The notes under the pieces: model-generated
Told to the model about the DNA's origin: nothing
Databases searched by the model: none
What the model saw: only the letters and a program-made list of their open reading frames with translations
Shown here: positions 30,601 to 37,638 of the stretch, piece by piece
Position numbering within the stretch: position 1 is the stretch's first letter
How the letters are laid out: the number at the start of each line of letters is the position of its first letter
Made by a program: the position numbers and the translations under genes
Source of the DNA: Candidatus Poseidoniales archaeon
Lineage (GTDB): Archaea; Thermoplasmatota; Poseidoniia; Poseidoniales; Poseidoniaceae
Assembly (NCBI GenBank): GCA_003602575.1
Contig: QQRY01000055.1
Location: 10,395-74,394 of the forward strand
Direction: 5' to 3'
Length of the DNA stretch: 64,000 nucleotides

Positions 30601-32926
30601 TGATGGCCGCCTTGGAACTCCTTCAATACCTATCGGCCCAGCATCACCTAGTGATGAAATCCCTGAGCCTCCACAATGGGCACAAGCAGGCCCGCATGAA
30701 GGCGGGAGCGATGGGGATTTGGATCTTGAATGGAAGCGCTGTACTGCCTTAGATTTAGCAAATACCAACATCTACACCTCAACGATTGAAATTAACGATG
30801 TTCTTGGCTTAACACCAGAAGAGTCGCTTCCTCCAAGTGAAGGAAATTCCACTATTCTAAATCTGGACCCTGGGCGACCATATTGGCTAGGACTAACTTG
30901 TGTAGATGAGGCTGGACAAGAAGATTTGCTAAATGCTACAATTATAGGTCCTGTTGTTCCAACTGGAGGATTAAACGATCTAACTGCGCCTCCAATACTG
31001 GAGAATGTCGATGCAGTGGATACTCCAAATGATGATGGTGGCAGAGTAACGGTCTCGTGGGATATTAGCACTGCTGAGGATTGTACCTTCTATGCTGTTT
31101 GGATTAGAGAAAATACGCCAAGTATCGCAGTTGTAGGTTTGGCTTTGGATGAGGCTGGATTCTCTCAAGCGCAGATAATTGATGATTGCTCAACGAATTC
31201 AACTATTATAGACGGATATGATGGTGTTTCACTTCAAGATGGTCAATCCTATCTTGTTGCAGTTGTGGCATATGACGACTGGCTCAATGTGGATTTAATC
31301 GACGCAGATATTGTTGAAGTTACACCGTTTAGAAATACTGTTGGAAATGGTAACATTCCTGATAGAATTGGTACGATAACAGCATTTGACCATCCTGATG
31401 ATGATGGAACTGCAATCGATGTTATTTGGACAATATCTGATGCTGATGACTTCGCGTATTACATAGTGTGGGTTGCCGACCAACCTGTTACAGACTTGTC
31501 TGGAGCATGGGCTGCATTTGGAGATGATGAATCTCGATGTGGTTGCTTAAAGATTGACAAACAATGGATTGATGAAGATAAGAATCCGATTCAATTAACG
31601 ATATCAACTGCTCTTTATGGAAACAATGGAAATATGATGGATTTAACCCAAACTACTCCTCAGTTAATCAAACCCGGCATTGAACTATTTGCTACTGTAA
31701 CCATTCATGATATCAAAGGCAATGTACATCTAAACAACTTGATTCAAGCAACTACTGTGCCAATCAATAATTTACAAGACACTACGCCTCCAGAGCGTTT
31801 GACAAGCCTCGAACTAACCGATAAGCCGATGGATGATGGAACTGCATTATTACTAGACTTTGAGTTGAGCGCTGAAAGTGATGTTACAACATACGAAGTT
31901 TATGCTGCCACATGGGCCTTCCAAAGTGTAATGACCGGCGGTGATGGCCCAACCACACCAATAGCAACCCTCTCTAGGGAGCCAAGTCTGCCACTGGAAA
32001 TTGACTTAGTTGCCGGAGACCAACCTGTTGTTACTGGACAACAAATTTGGGTGGCGATTGTCGTTAGAGATTCTGCTGGTAATGCTTGGGAAGATAGTCT
32101 AAACGTTGTTTCAAACCAATCTATAGATGATGGGTTTGACGATAGTGGAGATTATCTAAACCCGGTTGAAGATGTGACTCTTGAATGGGAAGGTGGAACT
32201 GATATTATTGTTTCATGGCAACACACAGATGATGGGGATGTAAGAGGTTACCAAATTTATATTTCTACTGAAGATTTCTCATCCACTGATGATGCTACAA
32301 AGATAGGTGAAGTTCAAGCCTCAAATTCTTTCTTAATTACAAGTGATAATTTTGAAGACTTGGACAATGAAACATCATGGTATGTGGCAATATCTCCATT
32401 TGACGAGGTGACAAATAGAAATATGGTAGAGTCTGTAAAGATAGACCCTGCGGCTCAATCAGGCATCGTTAAAGATGATGTTGAAGATGATTCAAATGAT
32501 TTCGCTTCACTGTTAACTCCACCGAACTTACTCGCCGCTGGATTGGTTCTACTGGCCGTAATACTATTGGTAGCAATCGTAAGAACAAGAGGAAACCAAC
32601 GCTCGAGAAATAAATCATGGGAACTTCAAGAAGCAACTTGGGGGATTCAAGATGATTTGGGCTCATGGGACGATGTTGATCCAATAATCTCCCAAGTACC
32701 TCAAACTCCACCGCCTTCTGTATCTCAAGCACAAACTGCCGATATTTACGGAGCCGCTCAACGAATGGAAAGCAACCCATATGACCGCCAAATGTATCAA
32801 CCTCAAGTACAACAACCGGTACTTCAGCCTCAAAACCAGAATCTGTTAAATGAGCTTAATGGCGGACAGGCTAGTACACCGGTCAAACCAAAGATTGATA
32901 CTTCGTTCTTGGATGACTTACTTTGA
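24614..32926 (+). CDS. Giant (about 2770 aa) surface protein with a signal peptide, a long beta-propeller (Reg_prop-like) repeat region, six tandem Fn3-like DDG modules, a TM anchor and a Gln/Pro-rich cytoplasmic tail
   Basis: The ORF-track start at 24521 is GTG. The ATG at 24614 begins MMKSAVTAKLPISKTKKSVFLVMLMLVSLMSPMLVISPVSAHE, a signal peptide. Recurrent GLARYD / GLARFD / GIARYD / GIARFD / GLARMD / GIGRWS blocks are followed by W-containing turns. The C-terminal modules begin D-x-P-x-DDG. The TM helix is LLAAGLVLLAVILLVAIV. Confidence 0.85.
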   Translation: MMKSAVTAKLPISKTKKSVFLVMLMLVSLMSPMLVISPVSAHETANDVIWPKQGSNDTGWVQLDAVGANPTIGMQASANWGLNFAPGAEISNLTMEVRVNGSDNLMIEEPIITAADIGINLFDWSGLGMLGSSDSFDGVNPHSGRLSPNSEAGAVWTLPSGAEITELIVEALAPVDPAVSFEPVNLVINDYAVHFVDGRMYLAIGDALMTIDYNNDPKIIDIVEFDEEIIGIEIDSTNLALHVLTDGGFFHSISLIDSSELIPLPTSISQTPFQVFYIASDGNVYASNEDRISIFDGVGWSDAYSKTTSGDALDIIEVNGILYFSFDNEGVVRWDMNTNSALSTWTTANNLHSDSVSKFVVSGNQLLMASKDNGLARYDWNAGFWLSTWSSANWLTSDNIGDVLFENNILYILSGDSLHTYNTANGIFQQTYSISDFGLNGDAGDNLISWPSIGERSPATDKILISDGFGLLAELTPGNTPLQTGSMLLASGPTSADMEAVVELDDVVYIAAGGFMNRYDTAQSRWLEPTFIGDEVNHLSTDGTYIYIAAENSGAHKMHNNGTILQTWDTSNGLDENSIQSLSMASSSLIALSSGAVSVIDPSGLSTINSYEVDGFGLNGMALYEEIAYIATDDSGLARFDITNETFLSPWGSTGVNNADNVPIAVQGDILHLGLPGYGVVRKDLATGEILLPLTESLGGASNGLDFLPSDNIYALISDGSSVYIGTGNGAVKWNGNSAIQFQGDRSSWTRQPSQFYDFALLGSELYVGTNIGVCRYPTSTVDIDDCMNVYDGMPNWATYAVDTDGSKVYGGTTQGVGILTISPFDVVDTWEAGEDTDNAPVEVIGDTAYIGLDGIGIARYDIPTNSWLPTWTEYSGGPSGNEILDPGNGDVTGLVADIRPNHIWIGGDDGFQLIDVINQTEIYDIEKNDALYLGNGDPYQMTIHNNIMYYHQGSSSNSVYRIDVANFTGLSNIDGGIQLDDNTGDAWGMGVVGDTLMVSVASNGGFPDYYDGRGGIAQWDILNDDWGADILPSGQVDRVTAHQTSNGEMWISWGENKLDLYAQNSSLIGSWDSDDGLEFPIREIIEFNGEVLFATEDGIARFDPASNTWLSTWEEGNGLPNNAGEEIYELWTNGIDLVVGGGDGSSWQGFQGGAISHWNGASWNVFTSQGQGGILDGYPITMTECGGLVNVGLYDADGGIEQLDLATSAITGTFTRATLGEGRVSGVACDTSTDTMYVAFYSDEEPIKKYSFSSGQWLPDITTQTHNLPSDRIWWDAIGYDSGKLVVGHGLGQQGSNVIGGGYSVITTSGASTSQVNFNGQGSSVTSFQWLGNEWLIGQAGGSSGYSHVDTLGANGQTVMYNLPGLVSGQVTTMTGNNTHVWVTTIGENVGFGQSTGAGVLQGEIASTGDIEWQYGWTLPANSRAADTQLVGSDLYISTYPSGLMKLDTLTGDLRPMQGALHNNMDGLKLVGTDLIIGLQGNFGSSAGVQIFDTTTDTFGNGRLLAGLPSNIVNGIEVAPDVVYIATNGGIGRWSLQTNDWLNPLTTTDGLPSNLVEDVMFDSPYLWVATPLGLARMDTNNGSTNVLTSANGMLGTSSWGLTKANGEIHVSHDGAGSERPGVTSVDSLTGLVSQTHRFDQLPSNTVTAVTSDWWGLHIATDVGPMTHWNALNTQFEDGAASWQIPSWPVERMVSNGDELLVIGNDIITIIEARTISHSPIKTLVIPNQVLTDAAITSDNVWVTTEASGLYGWVNSPQWTEVERFELRRADPLNMGFNLVTQDITDMTHPGMVIELANLSNTITLGDDVGSPGVHGLLFQGVPLAFTSPVSGSATWAKSNSLKYNVTLNLSQDQSIQQNLQLAINNAAQINGTKYVQLNLRSLTNGSLHVRLTYDYIKLETPIDMIDLFDRPDDGGETLTASWSLVHDDDFSRYLIYLNEGPFLSTPLVNDFDLSTRQVDKSISLHSRLQSEVNTANGQPLVNGVDYYALVVVEYNDGRLGTPSIPIGPASPSDEIPEPPQWAQAGPHEGGSDGDLDLEWKRCTALDLANTNIYTSTIEINDVLGLTPEESLPPSEGNSTILNLDPGRPYWLGLTCVDEAGQEDLLNATIIGPVVPTGGLNDLTAPPILENVDAVDTPNDDGGRVTVSWDISTAEDCTFYAVWIRENTPSIAVVGLALDEAGFSQAQIIDDCSTNSTIIDGYDGVSLQDGQSYLVAVVAYDDWLNVDLIDADIVEVTPFRNTVGNGNIPDRIGTITAFDHPDDDGTAIDVIWTISDADDFAYYIVWVADQPVTDLSGAWAAFGDDESRCGCLKIDKQWIDEDKNPIQLTISTALYGNNGNMMDLTQTTPQLIKPGIELFATVTIHDIKGNVHLNNLIQATTVPINNLQDTTPPERLTSLELTDKPMDDGTALLLDFELSAESDVTTYEVYAATWAFQSVMTGGDGPTTPIATLSREPSLPLEIDLVAGDQPVVTGQQIWVAIVVRDSAGNAWEDSLNVVSNQSIDDGFDDSGDYLNPVEDVTLEWEGGTDIIVSWQHTDDGDVRGYQIYISTEDFSSTDDATKIGEVQASNSFLITSDNFEDLDNETSWYVAISPFDEVTNRNMVESVKIDPAAQSGIVKDDVEDDSNDFASLLTPPNLLAAGLVLLAVILLVAIVRTRGNQRSRNKSWELQEATWGIQDDLGSWDDVDPIISQVPQTPPPSVSQAQTADIYGAAQRMESNPYDRQMYQPQVQQPVLQPQNQNLLNELNGGQASTPVKPKIDTSFLDDLL
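30341..32450 (+). repeat. Six tandem protein-level modules of about 110-145 aa inside the giant gene (coordinates approximate)
   Basis: Module heads are DRPDDGGETLTASWS (30341), HEGGSDGDLDLEWK (~30692), DTPNDDGGRVTVSWD (31019), DHPDDDGTAIDVIWT (31388), DKPMDDGTALLLDFE (31820) and EDVTLEWEGGTDIIVSWQ (~32160). Each is followed about 12 residues later by an aromatic Y-x-[IV]-[YW] strand (RYLIYL, FYAVWI, YYIVWV, TYEVYA, GYQIYI). Confidence 0.75.
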
Positions 32927-33609
32927 TGCTTGGACCTAAGAGTGCGGTTTTCACTACCGTCAGAGCAAGGAATGGAGAGTTATTCCACCTTGACTTACAT
33001 CTTGCAAGGCTTGCCAAACACGCCGCTGTATTAGGAATAGAAATCCCTGAAATTGAACTGCCTCCAGATTTAGATGGCTTAGTAAAAATTCAAGTCGATA
33101 CAAGTGGTGTTACCTACAGCGTCAAACCTTTTTATCAAGAAATACACATGGAGGCTGAAGGAATTACTGTTCCTGCGCCAAGATGGACACGTAAGGTAAA
33201 TGGAACTAAGCATGGAGATTGGCAGCCATACCGAGATATTACTGCTGAAGTATTCTCCAAAGGTGCTGATGCGGGCCTACTTGTCCATGATTTTTGTATT
33301 ATTGATGGCGACCGTGTTATGCCATTAGTGCTTGACCACGACGGCGTTGTCTGGATCAGTGATAGTAAATTGGGTGGAGTGTCGTCCGTAACCTTTGATG
33401 TTTGTAAGCAAGCGATTAAAGATGCTGGATTTATTATTAGTTCGGGCCGTTTAAACGAAAGATTGGTCGCTAGAGCCAAGGAGTTTGTACTACTTGGAAC
33501 AGGTATGGGTGCTGCCAGATTAACTGTCTTAGATGATGTCGATATCGGCGATGATAGCGATACTCTTCAACAAGTATGTATCACGGCACTTGGTGAAAAT
33601 TGGATTTAA
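32926..33609 (+). CDS. Class IV aminotransferase-fold protein, probable aminodeoxychorismate lyase (PabC-like)
   Basis: The N-terminal NGELFHLDLHLARLAKHAAVLGIEIP resembles the class IV (BCAT/ADCL) block. It sits immediately upstream of the PabB-PabA fusion. Its ATG shares a TGATG overlap with the stop codon of the giant gene. Confidence 0.55.
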   Translation: MLGPKSAVFTTVRARNGELFHLDLHLARLAKHAAVLGIEIPEIELPPDLDGLVKIQVDTSGVTYSVKPFYQEIHMEAEGITVPAPRWTRKVNGTKHGDWQPYRDITAEVFSKGADAGLLVHDFCIIDGDRVMPLVLDHDGVVWISDSKLGGVSSVTFDVCKQAIKDAGFIISSGRLNERLVARAKEFVLLGTGMGAARLTVLDDVDIGDDSDTLQQVCITALGENWI

Positions 33610-33675
33610 GGGACAAAGAAAATACTCTCAACATTATTGAAACCCAAGCACATGGGTTGACATGAGCGAGTATCT

Positions 33676-35925
33676 ATGAGCGACCAGGTTATTGCTTTGC
33701 AACACTGCTTGCGAACTAATGGATTACTTGGAAATTCGGCATTTAAATTCGGTTCGCCCGACGAAGTAGTATTTGCTTCGGGGGGCCCCAGTTCACATTT
33801 ATCTAATGCTTCAATGATTTGTGGGCCAAGTAAATTAAGAGTAATTATTCGACAACCTTCAGCAACCCTAATTGCTCCTAAAGAAACTCATAGCCCACTT
33901 AATGGAGATATAAAATTAACAAGTCAAAAAGAACCGTTTACTGCAAGATTTGAAGAGTGGCAACATGGTTCTTGGTATCATTCTAATTCCATTTCTGCAA
34001 AAAATATTTCAGATTTATTAGAGCAATTGAAACGATGGACGCCCCAAGAAGAATTTGAAAATAAGCCTTCAGAATTTACCCCCAACAAAGCATTCTGGGC
34101 TGGTAGTTTTGCTTATGATATGGTTCAATGGACTCAACCTATATCTCTACAATATCCGCCAAAAGAAGGAGAAATTCTTGCCATACTTTGGTTGGTTGAC
34201 AAATATATCGCTCATTCAAAAAACAGTGATGAAATAGAGGTTTTTTCTCATGATGGAAATTGGAAATCACTTGTCCAAAATATAATCTATGGAGATTTAG
34301 AACTCCCTATTATTGCAGTCCAACCAAGTAATGAATTTGTAGAGTCGAGTACTCATACAGATTTAGAACATGGTGAAATCGTTGAGAGAATCAAACGCGG
34401 AATCTCGGAAGGCCAAGTATACCAAGTTAATTTTGGTCGTTTTTGGTCTGGAAGGCTGGTCGAAGATCCCACTGTTATTTTCCACCGCTTACTAAAGTCC
34501 AACCCAGCACCATTCTCCAGCCTAATTTATGCTGAAGACTTGGGTTTAGCCATAGTTTCTAGTTCACCAGAAAGTTTGCTGAAATGTCAAGATGGAGAAA
34601 TCCGTACATCTCCAATTAAAGGAACTTATGAAATTGGTATTGATGCTATTGAAGAAAATGAATTACGAACACAGATGGTTGAAGACGTCAAAGAACGTTC
34701 AGAACACAGGATGCTTGTCGACTTAATGCGTAATGATCTCTCAGCAGTTTGTGATGTTGGTAGTGTTCAAATCGAGCGTTTTGATGTCGAAGCATACACT
34801 AATGTTCAGCACCTTGTATCTCATCTAAAAGGAAATTTATTGGCTAATGAAAATGGTCTTACTGCATTGAATTCGATTTTCCCTGGCGGAAGTATAACCG
34901 GTTGTCCTCGAACAATGGTCTGTGCTGTAATCGACGAAATTGAGCAAAAGCCTCGTTCTTTTTGGACGGGCTCTGCTGGATGGGTCGATGTTCACTCAGG
35001 AGATAGTTCATGGAATATACTGATTAGAACTTTACAGGCCGGAAAAAAAGAAGGAAAGTGGCTTGGAAAAATAGGTTCAGGCGGGGGGATTACAATACGT
35101 TCTACAGCTGAATTAGAAGTTCAAGAAACATACTGGAAGGCTGATGCATTACGCTCTGCTTGTGGCTGGAATAAACAGAACAAGAACTCTCAATCGAAGG
35201 GAGAATTATCGATATATCCTTTGGAAATCGAACAATGTAATACTGATGCCGGCGATGGTAAAGTCAACACCTTTGAACAATGGAAAAATAGTACTGATGA
35301 ATGTGGAGTTTTATTGATTGATAATCTGGATTCTTTCACACTAAATATTGCTCATTCCATCGCCGGAATAGGCCATAATGTAACTATTCTCACGGGCCGT
35401 GGAGATCTGGCTGAGGAGCTTTCAGACCCGACTGCTCTATGCGACATATTAGAAATTCTAAATCCAAGCCATATCATAATTGGCCCTGGCCCGGGAACTC
35501 CAAGCGATTCTCTACTATCAAAAGCAATCTCAACACATGCTTTAGCACAACAAATTGACTGCTCGGTTTTAGGAATATGTCTTGGTCATCAATCGATTGC
35601 AGAAATGGTAAATGGGACGGTTGTCAAGTCTCCAAATGGAGCGGTACATGGAACTCCGATATCCTGTAATCATGATGGAAAAGGAGTTTTTGAAGGATTG
35701 AGTTCTCCTCAAAATTTTACAAGATATAATTCATTGACAGTAAACATAGACGAGGAGAATTCTCCGTTATCAATATCGGCAAGAGATGAAAATGGAGAAA
35801 TAATGGCATTGCGACATGATTCTTTACCAATTTTTTCTGTTCAATTTCATCCTGAATCCATCGGCTCCCCTAATGGTAAGAGATTATTAGAAAATTTTCT
35901 TAAATTTAATCGGATGCTTGAATAA
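33676..35925 (+). CDS. pabB: Aminodeoxychorismate synthase, fused component I (PabB) and glutamine amidotransferase (PabA)
   Basis: Chorismate-binding motifs are SPIKGTYE (Lys as in PabB PIKGT, not the anthranilate synthase PIAGT) and FPGGSITGCPR. The C-terminal class I GATase shows LLIDNLDSFT, catalytic GICLGHQSIA and VQFHPES. Confidence 0.9.
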   Translation: MSDQVIALQHCLRTNGLLGNSAFKFGSPDEVVFASGGPSSHLSNASMICGPSKLRVIIRQPSATLIAPKETHSPLNGDIKLTSQKEPFTARFEEWQHGSWYHSNSISAKNISDLLEQLKRWTPQEEFENKPSEFTPNKAFWAGSFAYDMVQWTQPISLQYPPKEGEILAILWLVDKYIAHSKNSDEIEVFSHDGNWKSLVQNIIYGDLELPIIAVQPSNEFVESSTHTDLEHGEIVERIKRGISEGQVYQVNFGRFWSGRLVEDPTVIFHRLLKSNPAPFSSLIYAEDLGLAIVSSSPESLLKCQDGEIRTSPIKGTYEIGIDAIEENELRTQMVEDVKERSEHRMLVDLMRNDLSAVCDVGSVQIERFDVEAYTNVQHLVSHLKGNLLANENGLTALNSIFPGGSITGCPRTMVCAVIDEIEQKPRSFWTGSAGWVDVHSGDSSWNILIRTLQAGKKEGKWLGKIGSGGGITIRSTAELEVQETYWKADALRSACGWNKQNKNSQSKGELSIYPLEIEQCNTDAGDGKVNTFEQWKNSTDECGVLLIDNLDSFTLNIAHSIAGIGHNVTILTGRGDLAEELSDPTALCDILEILNPSHIIIGPGPGTPSDSLLSKAISTHALAQQIDCSVLGICLGHQSIAEMVNGTVVKSPNGAVHGTPISCNHDGKGVFEGLSSPQNFTRYNSLTVNIDEENSPLSISARDENGEIMALRHDSLPIFSVQFHPESIGSPNGKRLLENFLKFNRMLE

Positions 35926-35958
35926 TTAAGACCAATTGCATTGACTCGAGGGAAGCAC

Positions 35959-36345
35959 ATGCCAACATGCAGGTTCTGTTCTGGGACATATACCAGAGAA
36001 AATTTCATTCATGGAAATGGCCCTCGCGCTCAAGTTTGTGCTAGGTGCGGGGTAGAGAAGAATTTCATTACTGAGGAAGAAGCCGCAAATCTATTCGATG
36101 ATAAATTACGTAATGCGAGACTATCGATTGTCGCTAGAAGATATAGTATGTTCCTTTACATTCCAGCACTTTGGACTCTATGGATTATGTTCCTAAGTTC
36201 TGTACAACCTTGGGGAATTTATTTTCTGTTGATCTTGGTTGCTCTAACTCTATTTGCACCGGTATGGTTCTTCATACGTAGTGCACAGTTTGCTGGTGAT
36301 ATGGCAAGATTAACTCCCGCATTCGACCGTCCAAAAGGACATTAA
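35959..36345 (+). CDS. Small zinc-ribbon membrane protein
   Basis: ATG at 35959. CRFC...CARC forms two CxxC pairs, followed by two TM helices (MFLYIPALWTLWIMFL and IYFLLILVALTLFAPVWFFI). Confidence 0.55.
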   Translation: MPTCRFCSGTYTRENFIHGNGPRAQVCARCGVEKNFITEEEAANLFDDKLRNARLSIVARRYSMFLYIPALWTLWIMFLSSVQPWGIYFLLILVALTLFAPVWFFIRSAQFAGDMARLTPAFDRPKGH

Positions 36346-37625
36346 TTCTTTGCGTGAATCTTCAGTACGTCGCCGTCGACTAACTCATGTTCTGAACCTA
36401 CTGTTCTTCGGCTACGTCCATCGGTTCCTCTGATGAATCCATCACCTAAATCTGAATGAACTTTGTATGCTAAATTCTTAGCTTGAATATTATTTGGAAC
36501 GACAAAGGCATCTGGTAGAACTTTACCTTCGCTATCGGTCCATTGATTCTCATCTTGAACCGGATAAACTACAATATGGTCTAATTCTTCAAATAAAACA
36601 GTGTCAATAATAGTTGAAACTCCAGTATTGTTATTTTGAGTTAGGCGCTCTTGCATATGTTTTAGAGCACCAATTTGGGCCTCTGATAAGTTTTCAGAGT
36701 TTGAAACTTCGAAGGTTTGCTGGCCAGATATATAATGAATTAATCCTGCAGATTCTGCTCTTCGAAGGGCTAATTCCATATCCGCCATACAAGGTATTAC
36801 TCGACCATTAGTTTGAAAATTATAATCAATATCTTTTGGAGCGATGTCAGCCTTATTTGCTGCGATATGAATTGGGAATAGTGATTTTCTTATCTCTATT
36901 GCAAGACTCTTGAGCGTGCTTGGTGTCCAGTCCCAAGGCGGTGAGGTTTCTTGATTGATTTTTTTGAATGAATCAAAAGCGAGATTTATTGATTGAAAAG
37001 AGGAGCCTAGTCCAGTGAACCTGTCATGTAAAAAGGAAATCATTCCTTTCTCACCTTCTGCTTGAACTCTTCTAACTCCTCTAACCCAACCATCGTTTAG
37101 TATTCCACAAATCCAAGCATCTAATTCATCACTAAGGAATGATATCTCTTCACTCATACTCGCTTTCGCAGCCTCGGGTGTTTTTGCTGGGTCTTGTGGG
37201 TTTCCTTCGATATCTGTTGAAGCAGAAGCATCGACTACCTGAATTAGGGCATCACAATTTGCAAGGTCTGAAAGAAAGGCATTACCTCTACCACGGCCTT
37301 CACTTGCGCCAGGGACTAATCCTGCAACATCGACTAGAAAACATGGAACTAATCGCCTAAAACCAATACAAGATCCTGTACGCGGGTTACAGATACTACC
37401 TTCTCTCTCATCATCGGGAGAAACTGGTTCTAGCCTTCCATCAGATTCTAATTTTTCACGTAACTCTTTACATGGGCAGGGTTTTCTTGCGGCGATAAAG
37501 GCAACCCCTACATTTGGTTCAATGGTACAGAAGGGATAATTTGCGATGTCTACTTTAGCCAATGTCGCTGCACTGAAGAATGTCGACTTACCAACATTTG
37601 GCTTTCCAACCAAGCCAATTCGCAT
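36342..37625 (-). CDS. Obg-like (YchF/OLA1-related) GTP-binding protein with a C-terminal TGS-like domain
   Basis: G1 GLVGKPNVGKST, YchF-like ANYPFCTIEPNVGV, G3 DVAGLV and canonical G4 NKAD. The C-terminal DGDVLKIHAK is TGS-like. Confidence 0.85.
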   Translation of the reverse strand: MRIGLVGKPNVGKSTFFSAATLAKVDIANYPFCTIEPNVGVAFIAARKPCPCKELREKLESDGRLEPVSPDDEREGSICNPRTGSCIGFRRLVPCFLVDVAGLVPGASEGRGRGNAFLSDLANCDALIQVVDASASTDIEGNPQDPAKTPEAAKASMSEEISFLSDELDAWICGILNDGWVRGVRRVQAEGEKGMISFLHDRFTGLGSSFQSINLAFDSFKKINQETSPPWDWTPSTLKSLAIEIRKSLFPIHIAANKADIAPKDIDYNFQTNGRVIPCMADMELALRRAESAGLIHYISGQQTFEVSNSENLSEAQIGALKHMQERLTQNNNTGVSTIIDTVLFEELDHIVVYPVQDENQWTDSEGKVLPDAFVVPNNIQAKNLAYKVHSDLGDGFIRGTDGRSRRTVGSEHELVDGDVLKIHAKN

Positions 37626-37638
37626 GAGTTGAATCTCC

